Positions 1-13,469 of a DNA stretch of 64,000 nt are shown here, piece by piece. A program made the translations under genes and the position numbers. A model generated the notes under the pieces. That model was not told the origin of the DNA. It searched no databases and saw nothing but the letters and a program-made list of their open reading frames with translations. The DNA comes from Octopus vulgaris (taxonomy: Eukaryota): positions 95,232,001 through 95,296,000 of the forward strand of contig OX597816.1 of NCBI GenBank assembly GCA_951406725.2, given 5' to 3'. How positions within the stretch are numbered: the stretch's first letter is position 1; each line of letters starts with the position of its first letter.

Positions 1-21
1 CAATCACCACTACCACCACCA

Positions 22-612
22 TTTTTTATGCTGAATTCCTTCACTTCCCTAACTGAAATGACTAGTTCTATCTGTTTTGGACACATTACTGTTTGTTTCA
101 GTTCTTACAACCATCCAGCATCCTTCTTATGCTCCTTGTCTTTGTTCCAGATGTCACACCGGAACCTTTGACTTTCAATGTTATCTGGTATCAACTTTTC
201 ATCTGTACACACTCCATTTATTTCTTTATAGGATCTCTTCTGATCTACTCTGAATAACCTATTCTGCTGGTATCCCTTCATTCTTTGGTCGTATCTTACT
301 ATCTTTGCTTTCTTTGCAACGAGGCGCTGTTTCAGTTCCTCCATTACCAATTTCGGGCCCTTTCTTTCAATATCATACTTGCTGTTCAGTGCCCTGTATT
401 TTCGTTAGCTTTTAAGATCCTCCTCTTTTCGGTCTAACACAGAAATGTCCTTCGAGAATATATCTGACCTTACCTGTACTCTGCTTTTCCACCATGGATA
501 TTTTCTTTTGTCTGTCGCATTATATTTCTTTTTCTTGACGTCAACACCCACATTTTCTGCTACAACAATACTTGCTGCCTTGATCAAATTGCATGTTTAT
601 GTGATGTTTTTA
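22..612 (-). mobile_element. R4/Dong-clade LINE fragment (family B), region N-terminal to the RT, degenerate
   Basis: Minus ORFs 105..350 (EELKQRLVAKKAKIVRYDQR..QNRLFRVDQKRSYKEI) and 405..587 (IKAAS..PWWKSR) align by eye to ETIKQKVSAKAARIARYEKR..NNMFKNNPKNFYRKI of the adjacent plus-strand element. Contains stops and frameshifts. Confidence 0.8.
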
Positions 613-1422
613 AAGAAACATGAAATTAAAGAAACCAGCATGGTTGAACGTGATACACTCCCTAAAATCCGCAACTCTAACCAAAACATGAAAATAATTG
701 GTAAAATCCGGCTTGCACTTAAGGATATAATTTCAGCTAATGATGTTGATATCACAAATCTCAACCACCTATACTATGCAGCCGCGAAAATCTCAACGAC
801 CCTATGTGGTGTAAAGATTAGAAAACGGCAACATTCCCACAAAAAGCCTTCTTGGCAAGAACGTTTGCAACAACAAATTAAACTATTTAGATCTGACATT
901 GAATATTTGAAAAACCTTAAGGTTCACAAGACTGCCAAACCTACAAAAACCCCCAAATTACTGAAAAAATACAATATGAAAACTATACTTGATATTGATG
1001 CCACCATAGAAACCATCAAACAAAAGGTATCTGCCAAAGCTGCCCGCATAGCGAGGTATGAAAAGCGTGTTAGATTTTTCAAGGACAACAACATGTTCAA
1101 AAATAACCCCAAGAATTTTTACAGGAAGATAGGAAAAACAGCGTTTACTGTAAGGTCTGTACCATCAAAAGAAGTGCAGGGATTTTGGAATAAAATTTGG
1201 GCAGAACAACACACAACGAAAAGACCCCTGGATTGACAAAATATCTACAGAACTGGACTCCTTAGAAGAGCAAAAGTGGGAGGGTGTCAAGGTAGAAGAT
1301 ATAAGATCTGCTCTCAGGAGGTCAAGCAAATGGAAGTCTCCAGGAAAGTATAAAATTCCTAACTTCTGGCTGAATGCCTTCCCAGAGAGCCTGAACTGCA
1401 AACAGAACTGTACAATGATGTT

Positions 1423-2784
1423 TTGCAACACCCTAGTATGATGCCTCCTTGGCTAGTTAATGGGTTAACATTCCTGCTTCCAAAAAGTGAAGAAACAAAT
1501 GAACCAAAAAACTATAGACCCATAACCTGCTTAACAACTATGTATAAAACGCTAACATCTGTCCTGACGGAATATACTTATAGTTTATTAACAGACAGCA
1601 GCATATTCCCTAATGAACAGAAAGGATGTAAACGTGGATCCTACGGCTGTAAAGATCAATTACTCATCAATAAGATGATCTTAGAAGATTGTCACAAACG
1701 ACACAAAATCTTATCAATAGCCTGGATAGACTATAAAAAGGCTTTTGATAGCCTACCACATAGCTGGATTAGGAAATGCCTGGAAATGTATAAGATAGCA
1801 CCGACTCTGCGAAACTTTTTGACTGTAAGTATGAGATCATGGAGAACCACACTAACTCTGAACAGTGACAATGAATCCCTAAATGCTGGTGATGTAAAAA
1901 TTTCATGTGGTATTTTCCAGGGTGACTCACTGTCACCACTCCTCTTTTGTTTAGCCTTAATACCTCTCACAAAACTGCTCAATGACGCGCAGTACGGGTA
2001 TAAAATGTTTGATAAAAATATAAATCATCTCATTTACATGGATGATTTAAAACCTTTTGAAAAAAATGACCAACAACTCAAGGGCTTACTAGCGATAGTC
2101 AAACAATTCAGTGACGACATCAGAATGCAATTCGGCCTCGATAAATGTGCAAAAGCTACCTTTATCAAAGGAAAAATGACAGAAACATCTAACGTTAACC
2201 TCGACCAGCAGAATGCCATAAAAGAACTAGACCCAGCGGAGAGCTACAAGTACCTAGGGGTAATTGAAGGGAACGGAATAAGGCATTCAGAGATGAAGGA
2301 AAGGGTCAGGAGAGAATGTTATCGAAGAGTGAGAGCAATACTCAAGACAGAGCTGAATGCAAAAAACAGGATCGAAGCGATCAATGTATTAGCCATACCA
2401 GTCGTGACTTACAGTTACAATATCGTTAACTGGTCAATTACTGAAATATGTCAGCTTGACAGAAAAATACGAAAACCGATGACAATGCATAGAATGCACC
2501 ACTCTAAGGCAGATGCAGAACGACTTTATCTAACAAGAAAAGAGGGAGGGCGTGGTCTTTTACAACTGGCAATAACAATGAAGATTGCTACAATTGGCCT
2601 AGACACCTACCTGAAAAAGTCTGAGGACTGGATGTTAAAACTTGTCTCAAAATATGAAAACAAGAAAGCATCATACTCAGTAACAAAACAGGCAAAGGAA
2701 TATCTAAGTGAATTCCGAATACAACAAATTTCGGAATTAGAGATAGACATACAAGAAACAAGCACAGAAAAGCTAGGCGCATGA
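1423..2784 (+). pseudogene. Reverse transcriptase part of the R4/Dong ORF, frameshifted from flanking segments
   Basis: 453-aa ORF with the RT motifs including YMDD. Frameshifts near 1165, 1395 and 2775 split the original single ORF. Confidence 0.9.
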
Positions 2785-3593
2785 AAACCTGTGCCAAAAC
2801 TGCGGCCTTAGATATTCTGAATAATAAATGGCAAGAAAAACCTCTCTATTGCAAATACCCAAAGAGAGCGAATAATGCAGATATTGACAAAGCCCTGACC
2901 CATCAATGGCTAATGGCCTCTGGCTTAAAATCTGAAACAGAAGGGTTTATCATAGCAGCTCAAGATCAATGCCTACCAACAAGAAACTACCAGGCCAACA
3001 TATTAAAGAACGGCAGTAGCCCAACGTGTCGTGTATGCCGACAACAAAATGAAACCATTGATCATGTTGTCTCCAAATGCAGTCTTCTAACGCCTACAGA
3101 GTACCTCAACAGGCATGATAGAGCTGCACAATATATTCACTGGGTAATTCGCAGAAACCTGGATTTGCCCCACGAAAAAAACTGGTGGGAACACAATCCA
3201 CCTCCAGTGCCTGAAAATGACCACATCTCACTCCTCTGGAACTTCACCATTCAAACTGACAAAAAGATAGATGTAAATAGGCCAGACATCATATTGAAAG
3301 ACTTCAGACAAAGAACATGCCTCCTCATTGATATGACTGTCCCAATCGATATAAACGTATCTGTCAAGACCTACCAAAAACTGAGCAAATATAAAGATCT
3401 TGAAATAGAAATCAGCAAAATGTGGAACCTGAAGACTAAAACAATACCTGTTGTCATAGGTGCCCTGGGAATGATAGCGAAAGGGGCTGATTGCTACCTA
3501 ACTCAGATACCAGGAAACCCCAAAATGGCAGAACTTCAAAAGATAGTGCTCATGGGAACTGCTCATATCCTACGCAAAATACTCTCTATGTAA
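2781..3593 (+). pseudogene. Zinc knuckle and PD..D restriction-like endonuclease part of the R4/Dong ORF
   Basis: CRVC-x6-IDHVVSKC, RHD, NRPDII, K..KY..L, IPVVIGALG. Confidence 0.9.
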
Positions 3594-3785
3594 TCCCAAG
3601 GTTTAAAACAAACTTTTAAAAAAAATGTATTTATCAGACATTCACTAGTATAACACCAAAAATAAACCCCAAATATATGGCACACTAGGCATAACAACAA
3701 CGTGAACTTCCAACCTGTTGTCTGTTGAGGTTTCTGGGTGAGACTTGGAGCCATCTTGTACAGACAAAGCAAAAGTCAAACATAG

Positions 3786-3801
3786 AATAATAATAATAAT
3801 G

Positions 3802-3852
<51 letters not shown>

Positions 3853-3900
3853 GTAATAATAATAATAGTAATAATAATAATAATAATTATCATTATTATT
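3786..3900 (+). repeat. (TAA)n microsatellite, tail or target of the Dong-type element
   Basis: Directly visible, immediately after the 3'UTR. Confidence 0.95.
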
Positions 3901-3994
3901 TTCAAGATAAATACTCAAGCTATAACTCATAATACTGCTAGTGTTGATTTCATAAGAATAGTTTCTGTTGTTGTTGATTCGGTTTCGTATTTTT

Positions 3995-4470
3995 GAGTGT
4001 GTGGTTTTGAAAGAGCAGGAAAAAGATATGAACACGAACTAGAGGCTATAGCAGATTATAAGATCTTATAGGACTTCCCATAAAGACTGATCACACTGTT
4101 CAAGCAAGAAGACAAGATATGATTATAGTGAAGAAAATAAACAGTGTAAGATCATAGACTTTGCAATTCCTTATGGTAAAATAATCGATATCAAAGAAAG
4201 TGAAAAAATATTGAGAAATATCAGGCTGTAACCAGAGAGAAAGTGGAAGGCTAAAACAACATTTATTGGCCCAGCATCCAAGATGCTATCTAAGAGACTG
4301 AAAGACATTGGAATAGAGACACATGTTGTCAACCTGCAGAACAGAACGATCTTGTATTCAGCAAGAATATTAAGAAAAGATTCTTGAGATCTGAGGAGAC
4401 CCATTATCACCAAAACCGAAGGTAACTTTCCTGCTAATTAAATTAACATGTAATAGCTTTATATTAATAA
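3995..4470 (+). mobile_element. Degenerate 3' end (endonuclease region) of another R4/Dong-clade LINE
   Basis: Broken translation YKIL*DFPIKTDHTVQARRQDMII..CKIIDFAIPY..EKYQ..LKDIGI..LQ..ILYSARILRK, followed by an AT-rich degenerate tail. Confidence 0.75.
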
Positions 4471-4471
4471 A

Positions 4472-5350
4472 ATAGTATCTTCTTTATTTGCAATTAAGAG
4501 AGCACAAAAAGGTTGAGCATGGTTCATATTCCTTTACAAGTGAATCCCGAAAAAGTTGATGGCAGGTTGGCTAAACAGGAGGTGTCTGTCTTTTAACCTT
4601 TTCAGTCCTGTCCACTACACAACCTATTACACCAAATCTACCAGGCACAACCTCTTACACCAAATCCAGACAGATTACACCAGACAGATAAAAGCTGCCA
4701 GTATATCTCGGTCAAAGGGAAGCAGACTCGTACAGGTGAACAACATATCTCTACAAATCAGCAATGCTTGTGCAATGCACGAGGGAGTATATCTCGGGCA
4801 GGCTCTACTGATGGCACTTCCATGTCTGTAGAGTTTATCCCATATCGGTAATGCCCCCAATCTCAGCACTGTCAGATAAAAAGTTTCTGGAATTATCCAC
4901 GAGCATCAGCTCGAAAGTCCTCAGAACTACCTATCCAATTGATTTTCGTCGACGTTATGAGTCTCCCTGAAAACGCGGTCCTTCTTGCTCAACTTCAAGC
5001 CTTTAAAGAACACCTAAGTGGAACTTCCACCGTCCACATTGATTGACTGGTAGACGGCTGTATGTGCTTGGTGACTCTCTAGGTATCAGGCACATTGCAT
5101 CTGTCTGTACTTGATCTAGGACTGCAGCTGTGTCAAAGAGACGAGCTGTGGAAAAGCGGGTCTGTCAAACGGCGAGCGCAACTGCTCATCGCCAACGAAA
5201 GGCTCCAGTTATAGAAGCTTCAGTTCATGTCTGCTCACCATCAGCCACAGCATACTCATTCTTCCATACAGTGAGTGTTGACAGCATCTGAGGAGTGAAA
5301 CACGTCGTCGCGGTAAAAAAAAAATGAGAGCAGGAACTCCAGTTGGTAAC
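4472..5350 (-). mobile_element. Old L1/Tx1-clade LINE 3' fragment, related to 18810-20175
   Basis: Reverse complement aligns by eye to 18920-19500 (tgctgtcaacactcactg..tggctgatggtgagcagacat vs tgctgccaacacccgtta..tggctgatgatgtgcagatat). Translation GALPIWDKLYRHG..ACPR. AATAAA near the 3' end. Confidence 0.75.
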
Positions 5351-6674
5351 ATATAAAGTAGGGCAAGGCATCACGGTCAAACATTAATATATAACGGAGG
5401 CGAAATAAGCATTCGTTACCTCTACTCGACCTCTAAGGAATAGTTCTCTTTCGACTCATTTCTAGGTGAGACTGGGCAATCAACTCGCTACTTCATCAAA
5501 ATTAGTGCCTATCAGATCTAACACCAGCTTCTATGCGAAGAAACCCCAACCTCAAATTATAACAAGCCATCACATTTATTATTAATATAGATACACCATA
5601 GACATAAAGACAAAAAGCTAAAAATTAGGTATGACATCTCTACATCATTCACAACACGAATAGGCAAGAAAAAATAAATCAAAAACTAGGAAGGAACATT
5701 CTAAAATCTCACAAACACCATTTGCAAATACATTATAATTCTATTCAATTTAGTTTATTCTCACACATAGTTCAATAATTAAAATATGAGCAAATTACAA
5801 AAAATTAAGTCACACAAAATAATACATTGTGGATGTCTTCAGTTGATATTAAATGCAAAGATAACGAGAAAAATATACCTTCTTTTGATTAAAACAAATA
5901 TGAACGTGTATTATTTGGATGTGATTATGAAGCTGGCGCACTTTCTGGTTACACATTTCCTACACGAAATGCATATTGTATTTTATTTCACAAGTAATCT
6001 AATTACTGTGGTTTAATTACTGTAACAATATCACTAACCATTATACTTCATGTATTTCGTTAGATTTACTTTATTCAGCACGATAGAAAATTTATCAAGT
6101 GTTGGAGCATACACACCAGTAGGTACCACAACATTTATCGAATGAAAAGTAGTACTTTCGAATATGTATAGAGATACATCCTTGAATCGAGTGTAATACA
6201 TTAAATCGTATCTTTGCATAAAGTGAAAAAAACACTAAATTTGAGATCTATATGCCCGTATACAATAGACAATGATAAAATTTGCATTATTTATTCAACG
6301 CTGTAGGGTATCCTCAAGCAGTTGACTCAATCACAATAAACGAGATTCAAATATATTTTAAAAATTCTACGAGTAAATTGCTTTTAGAAAGAGTATTATG
6401 CAAAACGATATCTGCTTTACAGTAACGCAACTATTACTGAGATGCATATTCTCATCATGAGGAGAATCAATGCCTTAAAATTAAGAAAATGTGTACATTT
6501 TGTTATAAATACATAATTCATTCTATTACTAACTGTCTTAGCTATATTAATGAAATATTTTTAAAAACTTGGATCGCTACTCATTGACTCATTTATATAA
6601 CCCTGATGTTGTTTTCTGTAACTACACCTGCATCTCTAATACTATTTGTTGTCTTTGGATTACTATGACCTCTT

Positions 6675-6705
<31 letters not shown>

Positions 6706-9699
6706 TGAATATATACGGCTACTACAAAAGTCGAGTTCACATCACAAAAGATCATTGTGACAACTTTTTTTGCTACATCAAAGAGTCCTACTATGAAGTT
6801 AGTTATACTAATGTAACTTATCTAATATGTATATGCCGTACATAGTCATGCGTGTGTGTGTGAAAGAGAGTGTGTGTGTGTGAGTGAGAGAGAGATATAT
6901 ATATATATATATATGTTTATATGTATGTATGAAAGTATGCATTACTTACTGAATTTGGAGGATAGAGCAATATTTATGAATCTAGCAGGCTCACCGAAAG
7001 CAGTGAGCGAGATATTGTCAGTCTCCTGCTTAAATTGATGCTTATATCTGAAGAACAGATATAAGCAGAGAGTAGATTCCAGATTATTACAGGAGCAAAT
7101 CCTTTATACATACACGCATGAATGCAGACATACATACATACATACATACATTAATACACCGACACACACGCACACATACACACACGCACACACACACTCA
7201 GACACACAATTATCGAAAAAATAGACAGTAATTAAAATGATTCTAATAATGATATCTTGATTTTATATAATACTGTGCTAAAAACTTTTGCAAACCCAAA
7301 GTAAGATACATCAAATAAATCCGTCTCGTTGGATTTCGTTACAAGATAGCGATAATGGTGAAGTACTTGACTTTTACTGAGGCAAAAAGAAAAAAGAAAA
7401 GAAAAAGAAACAGAAAAATCACTCCCCTCCCTCAAAAGATAGCTTGAACAAACAAAACAAAACAGGTTATTCTTTCGTAGAAAACCTTCATTTATTAAAA
7501 TTTCCTCGATTATAGTTTCTGCTACCTGACATGTATTACATAACGAGCTAATAGGCCTATAATTTTCTTAGATATTAATTTTTTAATACATATTAGAATA
7601 ATTACTGCCCGAATCCAGAGACAAGCTAGCTATATCGAATAAACAACTAAATTAAAATATGAATGATGATGGATATTCCAATTCATAAGCAAAGCAATTT
7701 ATTACCAGATTTTAAAATAACTCATATAAGGTAAAGGTGACTATAAATTAAAAATTTCTTTCAGAGAAAATGACATTCTGTTCAGGTATTATCGAGGATG
7801 GATTTCTGCTTTTATCGTGCACAAATACAGATGCAAAATATTTATTAAAAATTTTGTTCTGCTTGTATCTTCTTTTGCAAGTCAGAATTATTGTTTTAGA
7901 ATTATACTAGTCTGGAAACAATATATTCGATTCACCCTAAATTTCACGCAGAGGCTTTGGTCCCCACAGAAAAATATACAAGAACATAATGAAAATGAAT
8001 TTTAAGGGCTTGAACACAGTTCACACCTTCACAGGTCCCTCTCGCATAGCATTTACAACCTAAGTTAACGAAGCCAGTATACTCAATATGTAAGTTGACC
8101 TGGACATGTATGAGGTACACTTTGTTAGCGTAGTAAGCTTAATTTATACAAATCTTTGTTACTTTAGAATTAATCTCCAGAACAGTAATTACACTGCTAT
8201 CCTAAACGCTATCCTTCCTATCCAGGCCATAATGATATAAAAACTTATAAACAGAAAAAAGAGAGCACTGTGTAGGACGCAATCTAGAAATAAGTACAGA
8301 CGAAGATATACTGTCGAGTTCACCTCTGATAGAGCAGTTGAAAAGATGTAGCATGTCCAGAATACCAGACTGCACACTATTTATTCAGACACTGAATTCG
8401 AAGTGTACAAAAGTGTCCTTAATTTATCAGAACCATGTTGCATCTGGTGCATTGTATCTGTAGTTTGCCTATTTCTTAATCAATGTTGGTAAAGTTTATA
8501 CACAGTAACTACAGAAACAGTAGCATTCTTGAGACTTATCGACGAGGAGAAGTGTTTCCGTAAACGGACAAAAATGTCTCCAAAATACTTGACACTCTCT
8601 GACAATGGCGATTGCTCCAAAGATAATGAAGAGGAAAAAAATAGGGGAGGATGAGGAAAGGAGTAAAAGAGGGAGAATAATGTGCATGTAGATGAAACGG
8701 CGACTAAATGCAAGTTACTTTGTTGTCATAAGAGTTAATTTTAGAAGTGAAAATACTAGTTAAACAGTAAAATTTTCTTTTAAAAGAAAATAAAACACAA
8801 AAAAAACAGCAACGCTGCCGGAAGTCGTTAAAAATATTTTATCGGATATTTCCTTATGTTAAGCAGCAGATGTGTTTGAAACTAACCCGTGATCAAATGG
8901 TAATAAAAACAGTTCAATTTGCTAAATTAAAATCATTGAAATCAGAATAGTAAAGACAATGAAGAACAGATTTTCTTTTCAAAACCTTTTAAAAAATATT
9001 TTAAATAAAACTTTTAAAAACGCCAATGTTATAAATCCTGGAAAAATTTTAAATTGGAAAACTTTTAAACGAATATTTGTTTTTCTACGACTGCAGATTT
9101 ATAATCCCCAAACAAACCTCGTTTAAAAACCAAAGCGACGCCGTTTTATCATCAGTTTATTTTTTCCACACAATTTTCTTTTTACACTTTTCACTTGAGG
9201 GTTACCTCACTTTACACATAATAAATTGCTTCTCTCAAGAATTTAAGCACAATAATTAGATCAATTATAGTTCCTTGAATAATAGCGACTGCGATATCAT
9301 GCTCCTTCTTGTCATCGACAACGCTATCCTTCTCTTCATTTTCATCAATAAGATTTTTTTTAACATGTAGACACTATTTCTAAATTTACTTGATGATGAA
9401 GGATTTTGCATTTAAGATCATGGCTTTCTCACAAATATAAGTAAAATAAATAAGCAAATCGGATTTTTTCCCGCTAAGAACATTCCATGATAGAAATCGT
9501 TATGAAAAAAACTGTATCAACACAAAAACTTTAAAAGCAATAATAGCAGCGGCTATGACAACATCATCGGTAATGAGGATTTATTATCTACGCAAAAAAT
9601 AAATTTACGAGGTAGACAAAGAAAATTGTGTTGCACTATGACGTAATTGGAGTAAAATGGCGCCAAACGGCAATGATAGCACCAATAATAATAATAATA

Positions 9700-9870
9700 A
9701 TATCTGGCTTAGCCATAGTCGTGTGGTTAAAAACTTCGCTTCATAAATGCATGGTTCTGGTTGGATTCCACAGTGTAGCGACTTGAACAAATATTTTCCC
9801 AATTTAAGTGCAACAATATCCTGCAATGAAATTTAGCAGAAGGTACTAAGTGGAAGCCCACCCCGTATGT
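9700..9870 (+). mobile_element. Degenerate tRNA-derived SINE, 5' part (related to family A)
   Basis: gtgtggttaaaaacttcgcttc..catggttctggttggattcccac and gaagccc followed by (TATG)n, as in family A. Confidence 0.5.
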
Positions 9871-10449
9871 ATGTATGTACTATGTATGTATGTATGTATG
9901 CTCTGGGTATGATTTTAAATTGAATGCAGTTTAAAGTGGGGCCTCGATACGGGAGATTCAAGAATTTGAGGAACGTGGAATCATCACTTAGCCACCATTT
10001 TCCAAGGTTTACTCTGACCCAGAATAGTAGCACCTGTTAGGGTCTTAATTATGGGTTAAATAGCATGTTAACCACCAGGAATAAAAGACCGCTAGTTCTC
10101 GTTATACTTCTTCCTAGGTGAAGGTAAACACGAATAAAAATCCCTGAAAGGCTGTTGGTTTCTAGTCGTCTTAATCTCTGTTGTGCCACTAGTGTTATAG
10201 TTTATTGTCCTGAAAAGTGGGTTTAATGTTGTACAACACTTTAGCCACTCTAAAGAAATTCACGCATCGGGACTACTTGGGCGGACATACTGAGTTTAAG
10301 AAGTGGTCGTATGAGGCCACGAGTTGACAATAGCCATGTATGTATGTATGTATGCATGTATGTATGTATGTATGTACGTACGTACGTATGTATGTATGTA
10401 TGTATGTACAAGTGTGTGTGTGTGTGTTCGCATACATGAAAAACAAAGA

Positions 10450-11494
10450 GCAGTCAAATATATGAAGAGATTAGGGTGTATAATATAGTTTAACGACACG
10501 TATTCCAACAAATGATGACCGTGACACTGAATTTCAGGTAAAGTTGATAATAAACACTCATCAGATAGTCACCAGCAGCCATCTTTGACAGTGTTCAACT
10601 TAAACCTATGACATGCTTACCTGAGGAATATAGGTCGTGAGCTTTCATGCCTGGTGAACACAGCGTCCAAGAAAATCCTCTGGTGGATATGATTAAGTTG
10701 CTTCTTCCGCCTTTTTATATCAAACTTGGTCTAATGAAGAATTTCTTGAAGACCATGGACAAAAATTGCGTTGCCTTTCAACACTTGTGCACACTGCTCC
10801 CAGCTATGAGTTCTGCTAAACTCAAGGAGGTAATCTTTGTCGGATCTCAGATCCGAGACATACTGAAGTATAAGGACTTCGAGGAGCTTCTTACCTTAAA
10901 GGAACTGAGAGTATGGGAAACAGTTAAGTCAGTCATGGCTTCCTTGGTAACACACGGGTACTAGATTACCAAGAGTGTATCAAGAAGTTTTTACTGTCTT
11001 ATGAGGATATGAGATGCCGAATGTAACTCAAAATTCACTTTCTCCACTCCCACCTCAACTTCTTTCCAAATGCTTGGAGCAGTGAGTAATAGAGAAATGT
11101 TCCACCAATATATTATTAAGGTGGAGAGCTACTACCAAGGCATATGGAACCCCAGCATGATGGGGGACATTTGCTGGATCATCCAAAAATCTCACTTCTA
11201 ACTGTCTGATTTATTATGCGTTGTGTGTATTGTATTATCCAATAAATTTAATTCCATCAGTGTTCTGTATCTATGCTGTTTTTTTCTGCAATATGCCTTT
11301 GTAACAGATGAATTAGACACATTATGGTTTTTATGCAGTGTAATTAAAATGGGATATGTGAAAGCAAAAATAACTAGAGATGATAGAGCAAAACTATTCA
11401 GAAAATTGAATTCACAATACCAAAATTAGTAAAAGAACCCCACTTATTCACATCCTTGCCTCAGAGCAAAAATAAAATTTTGCAAACCAATGTA
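10450..11494 (+). mobile_element. Internally deleted Chapaev3-like (CMC superfamily) DNA transposon
   Basis: LLPPFYIKLGLMKNF..SAKLKEVIFVGSQIR, then broken LKIHFLHSHL.FFP..GAVS..FHQ..YQG.W. Terminus-like caaaaataaaattttgcaaaccaatg at ~11467-11493. Left boundary uncertain. Confidence 0.75.
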
Positions 11495-11519
11495 ATCATT
11501 TTGACATCTGGGCTTTCAA

Positions 11520-12250
11520 CTCTGCACCACTACCGGCAGATCTGAGCCTTGGGATTATGCGGAGATGAAGTGTTTTTTGATCTAACTACTCACTCCCTGG
11601 TATAACTTTTCTATATAAAGGACGATCTCTTCATCCTCCTCATTAGATATAATGGCAGTTGTGAGCCACCAGATTCTATTTCCGTTTGAACATTTACCCA
11701 AGGACATATTTTTGAAGGCAAATCTCATGTTTAAAGTACTAAAATGCTTAATAAGAATGGGAAAGTTTTTGTGATGCCATCATCGCCTTTCAGGAACTTT
11801 TGGTCAGTGCATGAGGTAAACCTATTTTGGTGTTCATGTACCTGCAAGTTACAAAGTTACAAGGCACCTATATTTATTACCCAATACTTCAGCTGGTAAT
11901 AGCAAAAACAGAAAACAAAATGTGCATTTACCTTCCATTCTTATGATATTTCTGGTTTTCCTGAAAAACTCCCTGTCTACATGTATAATGGTACTATTGA
12001 AGTTAGCTTTACACTGTAGCAGCAGCATGAGCGCTTGTGTACTGCCCACATTGTAGTTTTTTATACTTTTAACTACCCATTTTAGTTCACCACGTGATGG
12101 TCACATCCATTTAGTGTTGCTTGGACGGCCCACATCTTTAACATGATGGATTAGCGTCTGTTCGTTAGTTATAAAATGGGAAGTTCTGGATCACTAAGTC
12201 CTCAGGCGAGAGAGTTTTGCTACCTGGGACCTTGACGTGAAAACAATATT
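11520..12250 (-). mobile_element. Possible highly degenerate 5' (APE endonuclease) part of an RTE-type LINE
   Basis: Weak translated hints only (NIGAL; NEEDEEIV..EKL). Confidence 0.3.
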
Positions 12251-13320
12251 GATTTCAATTTGTAGTTTTCAGTTTGAACAGATTTCAAACCAGAATCCTT
12301 GAGGTTATACTTAGTGTTTTGCCAAACTTTGAATACAAGTAACCACAATTATTGTGATACTGTATTTCAGGTTTTTCGTTTACCTCTATTCTACATTTTA
12401 ATGAACATATAAATATATATAATGTTTTGACAACTCAACTGTCTTAAAAGTTTGCGTTATTCAATTTCTGAAGTTGTAATAAATGTTTGCTTGCGGTCTA
12501 TTGCAATTTGTCTCTGAATTTGTTTATTACTATCCATTTTGAATTCATTTGACAAATCTTACTTCAATTCATACATCCACATACATACTTACAGCTACAA
12601 CACTATCTAAGACTGTCTTAGCAGTAGTTGTTGTTGTTGTGTGGTAGCGAAATCGATGCAGCAATTGCTCATTGCCATGGAAGCACATAGATAGTGATGG
12701 TTGTTGAGCGGATTCATTTATGCCTCAACTAAACAACTGTTGCTGCCGCTGATCATTATTCTATATTCGTTGCTACACAGGAATTGCCACACATTTCTTC
12801 ACTCAGAAATTTTGTTTGAAATAGTTGTCCCACGTCGTCGTTAAAGCATGCAACTAATCTCCAGGTCTTATCAGCATTTTCGTGTTTATCCTCGCCGCTG
12901 TTGTAATTGTTAGCGTTGCTCTTTTGCTGTTGCTTCTGCTGTTGTTACTGTTGCTGCTGTTTTTTAATTGTTGTTGCAAATTTTATCTTCATATAAGGTT
13001 TCTGAGGCTGGAACGCCTTCTCTATATTTCCTTACTCTCAAATTCCCCACCTTTCTTTTATGCTTTCTCCTCTTCTCTCGTTGCTTTGTAGTTTTGGGAT
13101 GCACATTATTATTACTTGTTATGTACTTTAAAATTTTGATGTTAAAAATCGACCTAGCATAAATTTCAAATTAAGAACGCACATATCTTTCCGGAGGGTA
13201 ATCTTACAATTAAATTTGACTGAACAAATCTTCTTCTGTACCTTATTATACAGGTTAAAAAGAAACGAGTTGACGGTCAATGTGACATCCTTATATGGCG
13301 GTTTAAACAGCGGCAATAGT

Positions 13321-13421
13321 CTTCTTCTTCTTCTTCTTCTTCTTCTTCTTCTTCTTCTTCTTCTTCTTCTTCTTCTTCTTCTTCTTCTTCTTCTTCTTCT
13401 TCTTCTTCTTCTTCTTCTTCT
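13321..13421 (+). repeat. (CTT)n microsatellite
   Basis: Directly visible. Confidence 0.98.
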
Positions 13422-13469
13422 CTACCTATATAATAATCTGCTTGTTCGTTCGCCAATTATACTTTAGTA

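Larger units (their letters stand above)
612..3900 (+). mobile_element. 5'-truncated R4/Dong-clade non-LTR retrotransposon (family A): RT, CCHC knuckle, restriction-like endonuclease, 3'UTR and (TAA)n tail
   Basis: Motifs WKSPG..IPNFW, NYRPITCL, EQKG, IDYKKAFDS, GIFQGDSLSPLLF, YMDD, YKYLG, GGRGL, CRVC..ETIDHVVSKC, RHD, RPDI..IDMTVP, KLSKY. Stop at 3593. (TAA)n tail 3786-3900. Confidence 0.95.

Noticed and set aside
445-612. Hydrophobic N-terminus of ORF 445..1236 as a signal or transmembrane segment
   Set aside because: It is the antisense reading of the inverted family B fragment, fused in frame by chance
3645-4035. Poly-Ile and poly-Tyr ORFs
   Set aside because: Translations of (TAA)n. 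The same applies to all YIYI, LSIY, CVCV, THTH and MYVC ORFs in the window.
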